A stretch of DNA of 64,000 nt. Origin: Macrostomum lignano (taxonomy: Eukaryota). A program made the translations under genes and the position numbers. The notes under the pieces are model-generated. The model had not been told where the DNA came from, searched no databases, and worked only from the letters and a program-made list of their open reading frames with translations. Below are positions 1 to 13,535 of this stretch, in pieces. The stretch lies in contig NIVC01000540.1 in assembly GCA_002269645.1 (NCBI GenBank), forward strand, positions 186,001 to 250,000, given 5' to 3'. The first letter of the stretch is position 1, and each line of letters starts with the position of its first letter.

Positions 1-18
1 CATGTGACGGGAGGAGGG

Positions 19-471
<453 letters not shown>

Positions 472-3400
472 GTAGATAGCGAGAAAGAGCGAGCGAAGCG
501 AGCTCTTTCGAGCTTGCTTGCCGCAGCCAATCAAGCTGAATGCACGCACACAAGATCACCGGAAACGATTAAGGCAGCTGGAAAGCCAATGGGCGCGGTA
601 AGCGCTTTTATCCAGAGGAACTACCTGCTGGAACCAGCCTGCCGTTCGAAAATCAGACTACTCAAGTAGTGCAAAAGAGTGCGAGCAACTACCGAGAAAT
701 CTAATTTTCGTAACCGCTCCGGTGCAGGTCCTGGCAATAGATGGTAGATAGCGAGAAAGAGCGAGCGAAGCGAGCTCTTTCGAGCTTGCTTGCCGCAGCC
801 AATCAAGCTGAATGCACGCACACAAGATCACCGGAAACGATTAAGGCAGCTGGAAAGCCAATGGGCGCGGTAAGCGCTTTTATCCAGAGGAACTACCTGC
901 TGGAACCAGCCTGCCGTTCGAAAATCAGACTACTCAAGTAGTGCAAAAGAGTGCGAGCAACTACCGAGAAATCTAATTTTCGTAACCGCTCCGGTGCAGG
1001 TCCTGGCAATAGATGGTAGATAGCGAGAAAGAGCGAGCGAAGCGAGCTCTTTCGAGCTTGCTTGCCGCAGCCAATCAAGCTGAATGCACGCACACAAGAT
1101 CACCGGAAACGATTAAGGCAGCTGGAAAGCCAATGGGCGCGGTAAGCGCTTTTATCCAGAGGAACTACCTGCTGGAACCAGCCTGCCGTTCGAAAATCAG
1201 ACTACTCAAGTAGTGCAAAAGAGTGCGAGCAACTACCGAGAAATCTAATTTTCGTAACCGCTCCGGTGCAGGTCCTGGCAATAGATGGTAGATAGCGAGA
1301 AAGAGCGAGCGAAGCGAGCTCTTTCGAGCTTGCTTGCCGCAGCCAATCAAGCTGAATGCACGCACACAAGATCACCGGAAACGATTAAGGCAGCTGGAAA
1401 GCCAATGGGCGCGGTAAGCGCTTTTATCCAGAGGAACTACCTGCTGGAACCAGCCTGCCGTTCGAAAATCAGACTACTCAAGTAGTGCAAAAGAGTGCGA
1501 GCAACTACCGAGAAATCTAATTTTCGTAACCGCTCCGGTGCAGGTCCTGGCAATAGATGGTAGATAGCGAGAAAGAGCGAGCGAAGCGAGCTCTTTCGAG
1601 CTTGCTTGCCGCAGCCAATCAAGCTGAATGCACGCACACAAGATCACCGGAAACGATTAAGGCAGCTGGAAAGCCAATGGGCGCGGTAAGCGCTTTTATC
1701 CAGAGGAACTACCTGCTGGAACCAGCCTGCCGTTCGAAAATCAGACTACTCAAGTAGTGCAAAAGAGTGCGAGCAACTACCGAGAAATCTAATTTTCGTA
1801 ACCGCTCCGGTGCAGGTCCTGGCAATAGATGGTAGATAGCGAGAAAGAGCGAGCGAAGCGAGCTCTTTCGAGCTTGCTTGCCGCAGCCAATCAAGCTGAA
1901 TGCACGCACACAAGATCACCGGAAACGATTAAGGCAGCTGGAAAGCCAATGGGCGCGGTAAGCGCTTTTATCCAGAGGAACTACCTGCTGGAACCAGCCT
2001 GCCGTTCGAAAATCAGACTACTCAAGTAGTGCAAAAGAGTGCGAGCAACTACCGAGAAATCTAATTTTCGTAACCGCTCCGGTGCAGGTCCTGGCAATAG
2101 ATGGTAGATAGCGAGAAAGAGCGAGCGAAGCGAGCTCTTTCGAGCTTGCTTGCCGCAGCCAATCAAGCTGAATGCACGCACACAAGATCACCGGAAACGA
2201 TTAAGGCAGCTGGAAAGCCAATGGGCGCGGTAAGCGCTTTTATCCAGAGGAACTACCTGCTGGAACCAGCCTGCCGTTCGAAAATCAGACTACTCAAGTA
2301 GTGCAAAAGAGTGCGAGCAACTACCGAGAAATCTAATTTTCGTAACCGCTCCGGTGCAGGTCCTGGCAATAGATGGTAGATAGCGAGAAAGAGCGAGCGA
2401 AGCGAGCTCTTTCGAGCTTGCTTGCCGCAGCCAATCAAGCTGAATGCACGCACACAAGATCACCGGAAACGATTAAGGCAGCTGGAAAGCCAATGGGCGC
2501 GGTAAGCGCTTTTATCCAGAGGAACTACCTGCTGGAACCAGCCTGCCGTTCGAAAATCAGACTACTCAAGTAGTGCAAAAGAGTGCGAGCAACTACCGAG
2601 AAATCTAATTTTCGTAACCGCTCCGGTGCAGGTCCTGGCAATAGATGGTAGATAGCGAGAAAGAGCGAGCGAAGCGAGCTCTTTCGAGCTTGCTTGCCGC
2701 AGCCAATCAAGCTGAATGCACGCACACAAGATCACCGGAAACGATTAAGGCAGCTGGAAAGCCAATGGGCGCGGTAAGCGCTTTTATCCAGAGGAACTAC
2801 CTGCTGGAACCAGCCTGCCGTTCGAAAATCAGACTACTCAAGTAGTGCAAAAGAGTGCGAGCAACTACCGAGAAATCTAATTTTCGTAACCGCTCCGGTG
2901 CAGGTCCTGGCAATAGATGGTAGATAGCGAGAAAGAGCGAGCGAAGCGAGCTCTTTCGAGCTTGCTTGCCGCAGCCAATCAAGCTGAATGCACGCACACA
3001 AGATCACCGGAAACGATTAAGGCAGCTGGAAAGCCAATGGGCGCGGTAAGCGCTTTTATCCAGAGGAACTACCTGCTGGAACCAGCCTGCCGTTCGAAAA
3101 TCAGACTACTCAAGTAGTGCAAAAGAGTGCGAGCAACTACCGAGAAATCTAATTTTCGTAACCGCTCCGGTGCAGGTCCTGGCAATAGATGGTAGATAGC
3201 GAGAAAGAGCGAGCGAAGCGAGCTCTTTCGAGCTTGCTTGCCGCAGCCAATCAAGCTGAATGCACGCACACAAGATCACCGGAAACGATTAAGGCAGCTG
3301 GAAAGCCAATGGGCGCGGTAAGCGCTTTTATCCAGAGGAACTACCTGCTGGAACCAGCCTGCCGTTCGAAAATCAGACTACTCAAGTAGTGCAAAAGAGT

Positions 3401-4523
3401 GCGAGCAACTACCGAGAAATCTAATTTTCGTAACCGCTCCGGTGCAGGTCCTGGCAATAGATGGTAGATAGCGAGAAAGAGCGAGCGAAGCGAGCTCTTT
3501 CGAGCTTGCTTGCCGCAGCCAATCAAGCTGAATGCACGCACACAAGATCACCGGAAACGATTAAGGCAGCTGGAAAGCCAATGGGCGCGGTAAGCGCTTT
3601 TATCCAGAGGAACTACCTGCTGGAACCAGCCTGCCGTTCGAAAATCAGACTACTCAAGTAGTGCAAAAGAGTGCGAGCAACTACCGAGAAATCTAATTTT
3701 CGTAACCGCTCCGGTGCAGGTCCTGGCAATAGATGGTAGATAGCGAGAAAGAGCGAGCGAAGCGAGCTCTTTCGAGCTTGCTTGCCGCAGCCAATCAAGC
3801 TGAATGCACGCACACAAGATCACCGGAAACGATTAAGGCAGCTGGAAAGCCAATGGGCGCGGTAAGCGCTTTTATCCAGAGGAACTACCTGCTGGAACCA
3901 GCCTGCCGTTCGAAAATCAGACTACTCAAGTAGTGCAAAAGAGTGCGAGCAACTACCGAGAAATCTAATTTTCGTAACCGCTCCGGTGCAGGTCCTGGCA
4001 ATAGATGGTAGATAGCGAGAAAGAGCGAGCGAAGCGAGCTCTTTCGAGCTTGCTTGCCGCAGCCAATCAAGCTGAATGCACGCACACAAGATCACCGGAA
4101 ACGATTAAGGCAGCTGGAAAGCCAATGGGCGCGGTAAGCGCTTTTATCCAGAGGAACTACCTGCTGGAACCAGCCTGCCGTTCGAAAATCAGACTACTCA
4201 AGTAGTGCAAAAGAGTGCGAGCAACTACCGAGAAATCTAATTTTCGTAACCGCTCCGGTGCAGGTCCTGGCAATAGATGGTAGATAGCGAGAAAGAGCGA
4301 GCGAAGCGAGCTCTTTCGAGCTTGCTTGCCGCAGCCAATCAAGCTGAATGCACGCACACAAGATCACCGGAAACGATTAAGGCAGCTGGAAAGCCAATGG
4401 GCGCGGTAAGCGCTTTTATCCAGAGGAACTACCTGCTGGAACCAGCCTGCCGTTCGAAAATCAGACTACTCAAGTAGTGCAAAAGAGTGCGAGCAACTAC
4501 CGAGAAATCTAATTTTCGTAACC
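472..4523. repeat. 272-bp tandem array, ~14.9 copies, apparently identical units
   Basis: ORF track recurs every 272 nt on both strands with identical translation; first unit starts GTAGATAGC at 472, last breaks at TTCGTAACC 4523. Confidence 0.98.
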
Positions 4524-4604
4524 TGGGTCACTATCAATGTCACTCTCAGTGTCACTTTTTAGTGTCACTCCTTGTGCCACTCTCAGTGTTTTATAACCGT
4601 GTCA

Positions 4605-5510
<906 letters not shown>

Positions 5511-5579
5511 CTTATTTCACTGTCTTCCTATCTTGTACCCGCTCATATTTTCAAATTAATATTCCCCTATCAGTCTCAC

Positions 5580-5881
5580 CCTAGGCGCCGGGTAGATGGC
5601 GAACTCCAGCTTAGACTTCTTGCCGTATTCAACAGACAGGCGCTCCATGAGCAGGGAGGTGAAGCCGGAGCCGGTGCCGCCGCCGAAGCTGTGGAACACC
5701 AGGAAGCCCTGCAGGCCGGAGCAGCTGTCAGCAGTTTTTCTCAGCCGGTCGATGACCAGATCAATCATCTCCTTGCCGACTGTGTAGTGACCGCGGGCGT
5801 AGTTGTTAGCCGCGTCCTCCTTGCTGCTGATAAGCTGCTCCGGGTGGAACAGCTGCTTCGAGGCCGAGTTCTTGATCGTGT
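5580..5881 (-). CDS. TUBA: alpha-tubulin exon 3 (aa 76-176)
   Basis: [33 protein letters not shown]...SFGGGTGSG...YPAPR; acceptor CCAG (phase 1), donor GTGAGA (phase 0). Confidence 0.95.
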
Positions 5882-5905
5882 CTGGTGCATGTGACGGGAG
5901 GAGGG

Positions 5906-6374
<469 letters not shown>

Positions 6375-6388
6375 GCCTCTCTACTCAC

Positions 6389-6611
6389 CAATAACAGTCG
6401 GCTCCAGATCAACGAACAGCGCTCGCGGCACATTCTTCCCTGAGCTGGTCTCCTGGAAGAACGTATTGTAGGAGTCGTCTCCCTGGCCGAGGGTTGTGTC
6501 CGGCCTGGCGATGCCGTCCGGCCCGATGCCGTGCTCCAGGCAGTAGAGCTCCCAGCAGGCGTTGCCGATCTGCACACCAGCCTGGCCTACATGGATGGAG
6601 ATGCACTCGCG
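6389..6611 (-). CDS. TUBA: alpha-tubulin exon 2 (aa 2-75)
   Basis: [28 protein letters not shown]...[13 protein letters not shown]; acceptor GCAG, donor G|GTGAGT. Confidence 0.96.
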
Positions 6612-6684
6612 CTGCGGGTCGAGTACGGGCGATTTTCGGGCGTGGCTCGGAGAAGTGGGATAAAAAGTAACTGAGAAAGAGACG

Positions 6685-7340
6685 GAAGCAGAGATCAGAA
6701 CAGCCAGAAGCAGAGATAAGAACAGACAGAAGCAGAGATCGGAACAGACAGAAGCAGAGATAAGAACAGCTAGAAGCAGAGATAAGAACAGCCAGAAGCA
6801 GAGATCAGAACAGACAGAAGCAGAGATCGGAACAGACAGAAGCAGAGATCAGAACAGACAGAAGCAGAGATCGGAACAGGCAGAAGCAGAGATCAGAACA
6901 GACAGAAGCAGAGATCAGAACAGAGAGAAGCAGAGATCGGAACAGACAGAAGCAGAGATCAGAACAGACAGAAGCAGAGATCGGAACAGGCAGAAGCAGA
7001 GATCAGAACAGACAGAAGCAGAGATCAGAACAGACAGAAGCAGAGATCAGAACAGACAGAAGCAGAGATCAGAACAGACAGAAGCAGAGACCGGAACAGG
7101 CAGAAGCAGAGATCAGAACAGACAGAAGCAGAGATCAGAACAGAGAGAAGCAGAGATCGGAACAGACAGAAGCAGAGATCAGAACAGACAGAAGCAGAGA
7201 TCGGAACAGACAGAAGCAGAGATCAGAACAGAGAGAAGCAGAGATCGGAACAGACAGAAGCAGAGATCAGAACAGACAGAAGCAGAGATCGGAACAGACA
7301 GAAGCAGAGATCAGAACAGACAGAAGCAGAGATCAGAACA
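6685..7340. repeat. 22-bp minisatellite filling tubulin intron 1
   Basis: GAGATCAGAACAGACAGAAGCA in tandem. Confidence 0.95.
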
Positions 7341-7346
7341 ACTTAC

Positions 7347-7349
7347 CAT
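7347..7349 (-). CDS. TUBA: alpha-tubulin exon 1 (ATG only)
   Basis: CTACA-ATG|GTAAGT; an intron right after the start codon is typical of animal alpha-tubulins. Confidence 0.85.
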
Positions 7350-7793
7350 TGTAGAATTAAGCGGGACACAAAGCTGAACTGTCAGGGGTCGCGCAAAGAC
7401 ACACGAAATGAAGTTCCGCAGTTATTATTTCAACCTACCGCTTATCGCGCGGCTTCCATCGGCTGCTGTAAAATTTATCTAGACCAGGTAAGCTGAGAGA
7501 GCGGGCGGGCTGGCTTGGTGAGGGTGAGGGTGATAGGATTGGCTGGCTGGATGCAAGAGGCTGGACCGAACGAACACCGTCGAGTACCGAATTCCTCTGC
7601 GCCTTCATCGTCCCTCCCTTCCCAAGCAAAAACTGCCCGGCAACCCCTTGAAAATATTTGCCGCAGCAGAGGGCGTCTGTCAGCTTTCGGATGCCGCAAT
7701 AGGCAATACCTGGCTGAGTCATGGCTGCGTCCGGACATTCCCTCCGTGGAGCTCTAAATATAAAGCTTTGGAGTGGATAACCTGGATTTGAGG

Positions 7794-8406
7794 GCCTGCG
7801 ACGCTAAAATGAGTGCCTGCGACGCTAAAATGAGTGCCTGCGGCGCTAAAATGAGTGTCTGTGGCGCTAAAATGAGTGCCTGCGGCGCTAAAATGAGTGT
7901 CTGTGGCGCTAAAATGAGTGCCTGCGGCGCTAAAATGAGTGTCTGTGGCGCTAAAATGAGTGCCTATGGCGCTAAAATGAGTGCCTGCGACGCTAAAATG
8001 AGTGCCTGCGACGCTAAAATGAGTGCCTGCGGCGCTAAAATGAGTGCCTGCGGCGCTAAAATGAGTCCCTGTGGCGCTAAAATGAGTGCCTATGGCGCTA
8101 AAATGAGTGCCTGTGGCGCTAAAATGAGTGCCCATGACGCTAAAATGAGTGCCTGCGGCGCTAAAATGAGTGCCTGCGGCGCTAAAATGAGTGCCTGCGG
8201 CGCTAAAATGAGTGCCTGTGGCGCTAAAATGAGTGCCCATGACGCTAAAATGAGTGCCTGCGACGCTAAAATGAGTGCCTGCAGCGCTAAAATGAGTGCC
8301 CGCAGCGCTAAAATGAGTGCCCGCAGCGCTAAAATGAGTGCCTGCGGCGGTAAAATGAGTGCCTGCGACGCTAAAGTGAGTGCCTGCGGTGCTAAAATGA
8401 GTGTCT
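7794..8406. repeat. 21-bp minisatellite (GCCTGCGGCGCTAAAATGAGT)
   Basis: Direct reading; shares GGCGCTAAAAT core with arrays at 18533-19645. Confidence 0.95.
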
Positions 8407-9004
8407 GAGGCGCCAATTTAACGCCCCAGACATTAAATTGGCGCCAGTTAATTAAAATTTGACGCCAATTAAATTTTTCGGCGTTAAGTCATACAGGCCT
8501 CTCTGATCAACACTGCTTCTCCACTCCAGGTTCTGAATCTGGAACTCCTTGATTCTTTCAGAGAGAAAGCAAGAGATATTGCGATACCGCCAGCAGCCAG
8601 CCGCCTTCGCGCACGCTTATTCACCCATTTTCCCCCTTTCTTTCTTCCCAACATTCTGCCTCTAACGCTTCTAGAATGCAAAGCTCCGGTTGCTATGGGC
8701 CCTGCTTAGTCAGCGTCTGTCTGCAACGGACAAAACCAGAGACAAAATGGCTCTCTGCAACGAAGACAGATTTTGTTCGTTAAAACATTTGCTGCCGGCT
8801 GGGCAGGGCCTGGCTAGGAAACTGCTGTTCCATGCCAGGCAAAAAACCGCTCTGGTCCACTGTTTCCTAATTAGCGGCGCGAACGAATGCCGTTGCAGCA
8901 GGGCGCTCTAGAATAATTCGACGAAATTGTACTGATTGCTTAATGAAGGCTGTGTGCTTGTTGAGTGAGTTCGGATTGCAGTTTAGCTTTAATGTCATTG
9001 ACTG

Positions 9005-9580
9005 AGCCCTCTCCTCTCCGTTCAGAAGTTATCACTGCTCTCCCCTCTCCTCTCCTCTCTCCGCTCAGATGTTATATCTCCTCTTATCTCCCTCTATTCT
9101 TCACTCACATCTCTCCCCTCTCCGCGCAGATGTTATCGCTCCTCTCATCTCTCTCCTCCCATCTCTGTCCTCTCATCTCTCTCCTCTCACCTCTTTCCTC
9201 TACTCTCCACTCTCATCACTCTCCTCTACTCTTCCCTCTCATCTCTCTCCTCTTATCTCTTTCCTCTTATCTCTTTCCTCTACTCTCCCCTCTCATTTTT
9301 CTCCTCTCACCACTCTCCTCTCATCTCTCTCCTCTTATCTCTCTCCTATCATCTCTCCCCTCTCTTCTCCCCTCTCCTCTTCCCTCTCATCTCTCTCCTC
9401 TCATATTCCCCTCTCCTCTCCCCCTTCTCTCTCCTCTTCTCTATTCTCTCCTCTCCCCTCTCCTCTCCCCTCTCCTCTCCCCTCTCCTCTCCCCTCTCAT
9501 CTCTCTCCTCTGTTCTGCCTACTCATCTCTCTAATCTGCTCTTCCTCCCTGTCATCTTTCTCCTGTGCATTTTCGTCGCA
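9005..9580. repeat. CT-rich low-complexity tract
   Basis: Direct reading. Confidence 0.85.
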
Positions 9581-9915
9581 TCTTCTTTCATATTGTCCAT
9601 GAGCACAATGAAAAAAATCCAACGTAAAAATAATTTGTCAATATACTTCAATATACTCGTAGAAAAAGTCATACCCAAGTCTAGAGGCAGAGAATGCTTA
9701 TTATTTAACAAATACTCCTTGCTACTCGAATTAACGAGATATATTTGATTGGCTAATCAATTGATCAAATTTGCATGCTTTGCAAACGAATGGCGGGTTA
9801 TTAGAGGCTGTACAAAGGTGACAAACAATTCTGTACAAAATTTAAACAATTTTCCAACCTATGAGATAATAGCACACTATGGACAGCAGTTATAGTTAGC
9901 GAACAAAGTTCGAAG

Positions 9916-10410
9916 GCGGGGAGAGAGGCGGGGAGAGAGGCGGGGGAGAGAGGCGGAGGGAGAGAGGCGGAGGGAGAGAGGCGGAGGGAGAGAGGCGGAG
10001 GGAGAGAGGCGGAGGGAGAGAGGCGGAGGGAGAGAGGCGGGAGAGAGGCGGAGGGAGAGAGGCGGAGGGAGAGAGGCGGGAGAGAGGCGGAGGGAGAGAG
10101 GCGGAGGGAGAGAGGAGGGAGAGAGGCGGAGGGAGAGAGGCGGAGGGAGAGAGGCGGAGGGAGAGAGGCGGAGGGAGAGAGGCGGAGGGAGAGAGGCGGA
10201 GGGAGAGAGGCGGAGGGAGAGAGGCGGAGGGAGAGAGGCGGAGGGAGAGAGAGAGGCGGAGGGAGAGAGACGAAGGGAGAGAGAGAGGCGGAGGGAGAGA
10301 GGCGGAGGGAGAGAGAGAGGCGGAGGGAGAGAGGCGGAGGGAGAGAGGCGGGGAGAGAGGCGGAGGGAGAGAGGCGGAGGGAGAGAGGCGGAAGAGAGGC
10401 GGGGAGAGGA
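9916..10410. repeat. 14-bp purine-rich minisatellite (GAGAGAGGCGGAGG)
   Basis: Direct reading. Confidence 0.9.
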
Positions 10411-10872
10411 GGAAGTATGGAAAGTGCATTTTTGTTTCAAACCGAATTAGTCCTTTTATAAATCTAGTTCCCTGGTGAAAAACAGTTTGATGCAGAGATT
10501 GATGCAGATTAAAAAATACACCATTTACGAGCTACATTTGTTCAACTAATTCACTAGAACGAATTGGCGTCTGTAACAGATAGGTGCAGACTGAGTCCTA
10601 CTCGAGAGTGCAATCAATCTAAGCGGTACAAAGAACTCACAGCCAGAAGCAGAACTGGACAATATTGAGCGATTTCTATGCAGCGATTATCGTAAAAATC
10701 ACCACTTAACGGGCTAGAAGCACTCAGATTAGGCAGTAATACGTAATTCAGCGCTGGGGCAGTTACACTTCGTTTCTATTTGAAACGGAAAATTTTTCCT
10801 TCGCTGCCTACTCATCAACAGCTGTTCAGTAGGCGGAAAAGCAAGTTGCTGCTAATAATAATCAACTATTTA

Positions 10873-11531
10873 TTATGCCTCCTGCCCCTCCCCAGCGGCG
10901 GAGGCTTCGCCGCCCTCCCTCAGCAGCGAGTTGGCCTCGCGCAGCAGGGTGTCCGCCTTGCGCAGCATCCGCCTGCTCAGCTCCAGGCGAGCGTTCGGCC
11001 CGCCGCCGCTGCTTGCGCCACCCGATGATACTGATGCCGCCTCAGCGTCCGCCTCATCGGCGGCAGTTGTCGACATCAGGAAGGGCGCCGATTCCGAGGC
11101 CGACGCCGCGCCGACTCCGTTGGCAATGGAGTTCGGCCTGCAGTTCCCTGCTTGCCGCTGCCGCTGCTGCTGCAGCTGCTGCAGCTGCTGCAACTGCTGC
11201 TGCTGCCGCAACAGCTGCGACGGGTGCGGAGGCGGCGGCGGCGGACCGTGCGACTCGCGGCGGGACACGCCGCCGTTGGCCCCGACGGCCACTGTGTCGT
11301 AGAGGGCGCGGCAGCTGCCGGCTTCAGCGGCGCTCGGCGCCATGGAGCCAGGCGGCAGAGTTCTGGAGCGAGTCAGTCGGGAGCCGCCGCGTGGGAGCTC
11401 CTCGTACTGACTGTCCCGGCCCGAGGCGGCGGCTGCTGCTGCCGCGGTTTCGTCCTCGGTCACCTGGACGGTGCTGACGCAGAGGCAGGCACCGAGACAG
11501 CCCGGCGGTTGCTGCTTTCGGCGTCGCAGCT
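10873..11531 (-). CDS. Ig-domain receptor exon 4 (cytoplasmic tail, stop)
   Basis: Acceptor TTGCAG phase 1; LRRRKQQPPGCLGACLCV...SQYEEL...LYDTV...poly-Q...EGQEA*; GC-rich and in frame with the TM exon. Confidence 0.75.
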
Positions 11532-11659
11532 CTGCAAGTAGTTGGCGGAGGCGAGGATGTGGGCGGAGAAGGGAGTGGATTTTGCGGCTGAGATAAGGGC
11601 GGTTGTAAGAGGATGCACTAATAGGTAGATGTAGAAGTGGTAGATGTAGAAATGGCGAA

Positions 11660-12305
11660 TGTATGAAGGGTGGATGTATGAAGGGGCGGATGTATGAAGG
11701 GGCGGATGTATGAAGGGTGGATGTATGAAGGGGCGGATTTATGAAGGGGGCAGATGTATGAAGGGGCGGATGTATGAAGGGGCGGATGTATGAAGGGGCG
11801 GATGTATGAAGGGGGCGGATGTATGAAGGGGGGGCGGATGTATGAAGGGTGGATGTATGAAGGGGCGGATGTATAAAGGATGGATGGGATGTATGAAGGG
11901 CGGATGTATGAAGGGGTGGATTTATGAAGGGGGTATGTATGAAGGGTGGATTTATGAAGGGGCGGATGTATGAAGGGGCGGATTTATGAAGGGGCGGATG
12001 TATGAAGGGACGGATGTATGAAGGGGGGATGTATGAAGGGTGGATTTATGAAGGGGCGGATGTATGAAGGGGCAGATTTATGAAGGGGCGGATGTATGAA
12101 GGGGCAGATGTATGAAGGGGTGGATGTATGAAGGGCGGATTTATGAAGGGGCGGATGTATGAAGGGGGGATGTATGAAGGGTGGATTTATGAAGGGGCGG
12201 ATGTATGAAGGGGCAGATTTATGAAGGGGCGGATGTATGAAGGGGCAGATGTATGAAGGGGTGGATGTATGAAGGGCGGATTTATGAAGGGGCGGATGTA
12301 TGAAG
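11660..12305. repeat. 16-bp minisatellite (ATGTATGAAGGGGCGG)
   Basis: Direct reading. Confidence 0.9.
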
Positions 12306-13330
12306 TGGCAGATTGAAATGGTTGATTCGAGTCGCTGACAGGTGAAGTCGTGGATGAAGACTGAGGCAAGGTGGAACTTGATGAATGGAGGGAGGAAGGA
12401 ACGAATGAAGGGGCTGACGAATCCATTCAGCCTGACGGTCTGATCGATCCCAAACCAGACAGGATGAGGATGAGAATGGGATGCGGGAAGGTGGATGAAG
12501 CGGGAATCTGCCAGACCCCTGGCCCTAAGGAGGGATCCCGTGCCTTTTCTGACTCAGATCTCAGAAAGGCATTATTTATCACAATTCTCTTCTTACCTCA
12601 ATCTCTTGTCCTCTCCCTCCTCCTCGCCTTTCATCTTTTCCGACTTACGACGCGGGTTCCTTGTGTGTGTTTGTGTGTGCGCTGGCCCCGTCCTCCCCAT
12701 CCTATCTCAAATAACCCATCTAGCTGTCAGAAATCTCATCTTTTATTCGCATTTCTTTTTTATTTTCTTTGACTTTCTACCGGCGCTACCCGGCACTCTC
12801 TTCGTTTCACCATTAGCTAAGCTTAGCCCTGATTTCTGCTTTTCAGCCTGGGCAGTGCGTTGCAGCTAATGAAAGTCGCTTACTTATCCGAAAATTGTTG
12901 CATGCAGGGATTGCGTATTATTGGAAAGATAAGCGAGCTAAGAGACCCCGAACAAAGACTTACCTTCGATAGTTTGGAACTGATTCTTGCATTTATAAAA
13001 TTGCAGGTTTTACAACTTCACAACCTGTCACAGTTCGGATAAGCTGGCTAACCGAAAAGGCATCGCAGAACAGGATCCAAGTGTGAAGAAGATGAAAAAT
13101 CAACCCTAAGGCCTAAGCAACAACAGAGTTCCAAATATTAATTTGGGTTCAATCTGCATGAGGGTGTGTTTGCTTACGCATCCGTGTTCGGAATGGACAA
13201 GTCCCAGTTTCAAATAGACCTGACAGATAGTAGAATAACTTGTTTATGCACTCGCAATTAATTTATCAATAAGAAGAGCATTTAATGTGGCATTTAAAAA
13301 TTCCTTAGGGTTTAATATTTTCTTAGGACT

Positions 13331-13535
13331 AATCTAGCTCAGCCAATGAGAGAGCAGTAAGGAGAGAGAGAGATCAAAGTCAGACGGACGAAACTCAGCC
13401 TAGGGGGGCAGGCCCAATCTAGCTCAGCCAATGAGAGAGAGATCAAAGTCAGACGGACGAAACTCAGCCTAGGGGGGCAGGCCCAATCTAGCTCAGCCAA
13501 TGAGAGAGCAGTAAGGAGAGAGGTCAAAGTCAGAC
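13331..13535. repeat. ~70-85 bp local triplication (AATCTAGCTCAGCCAATGAGAGAG...)
   Basis: Motif recurs at 13331, 13416, 13485. Confidence 0.85.

Noticed and set aside
705-760. Twister-ribozyme-like arrangement in the 272-bp unit (UUUUCG-UAA...CCGG-8 nt-CUGG...CGAGAA)
   Set aside because: Loop UGCAGGUC lacks the conserved AAGC and cannot form the T1/T2 pseudoknots; no hammerhead CUGANGA core or HDV core found on either strand by eye (an Infernal scan would settle it)
621-4477. 66-aa ORFs on both strands of every 272-bp unit
   Set aside because: Short, no recognisable motif, present on both strands; expected by chance and multiplied by the repeat
472-4523. CRISPR array interpretation of this or other tandem arrays
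   Set aside because: No unique spacers, no cas genes, eukaryotic intron-exon context
13331-13470. Hammerhead-like AATGAG...GACGAAAC in a local triplication
   Set aside because: Core reads CCAAUGAG rather than CUGAUGAG and no stem II can form
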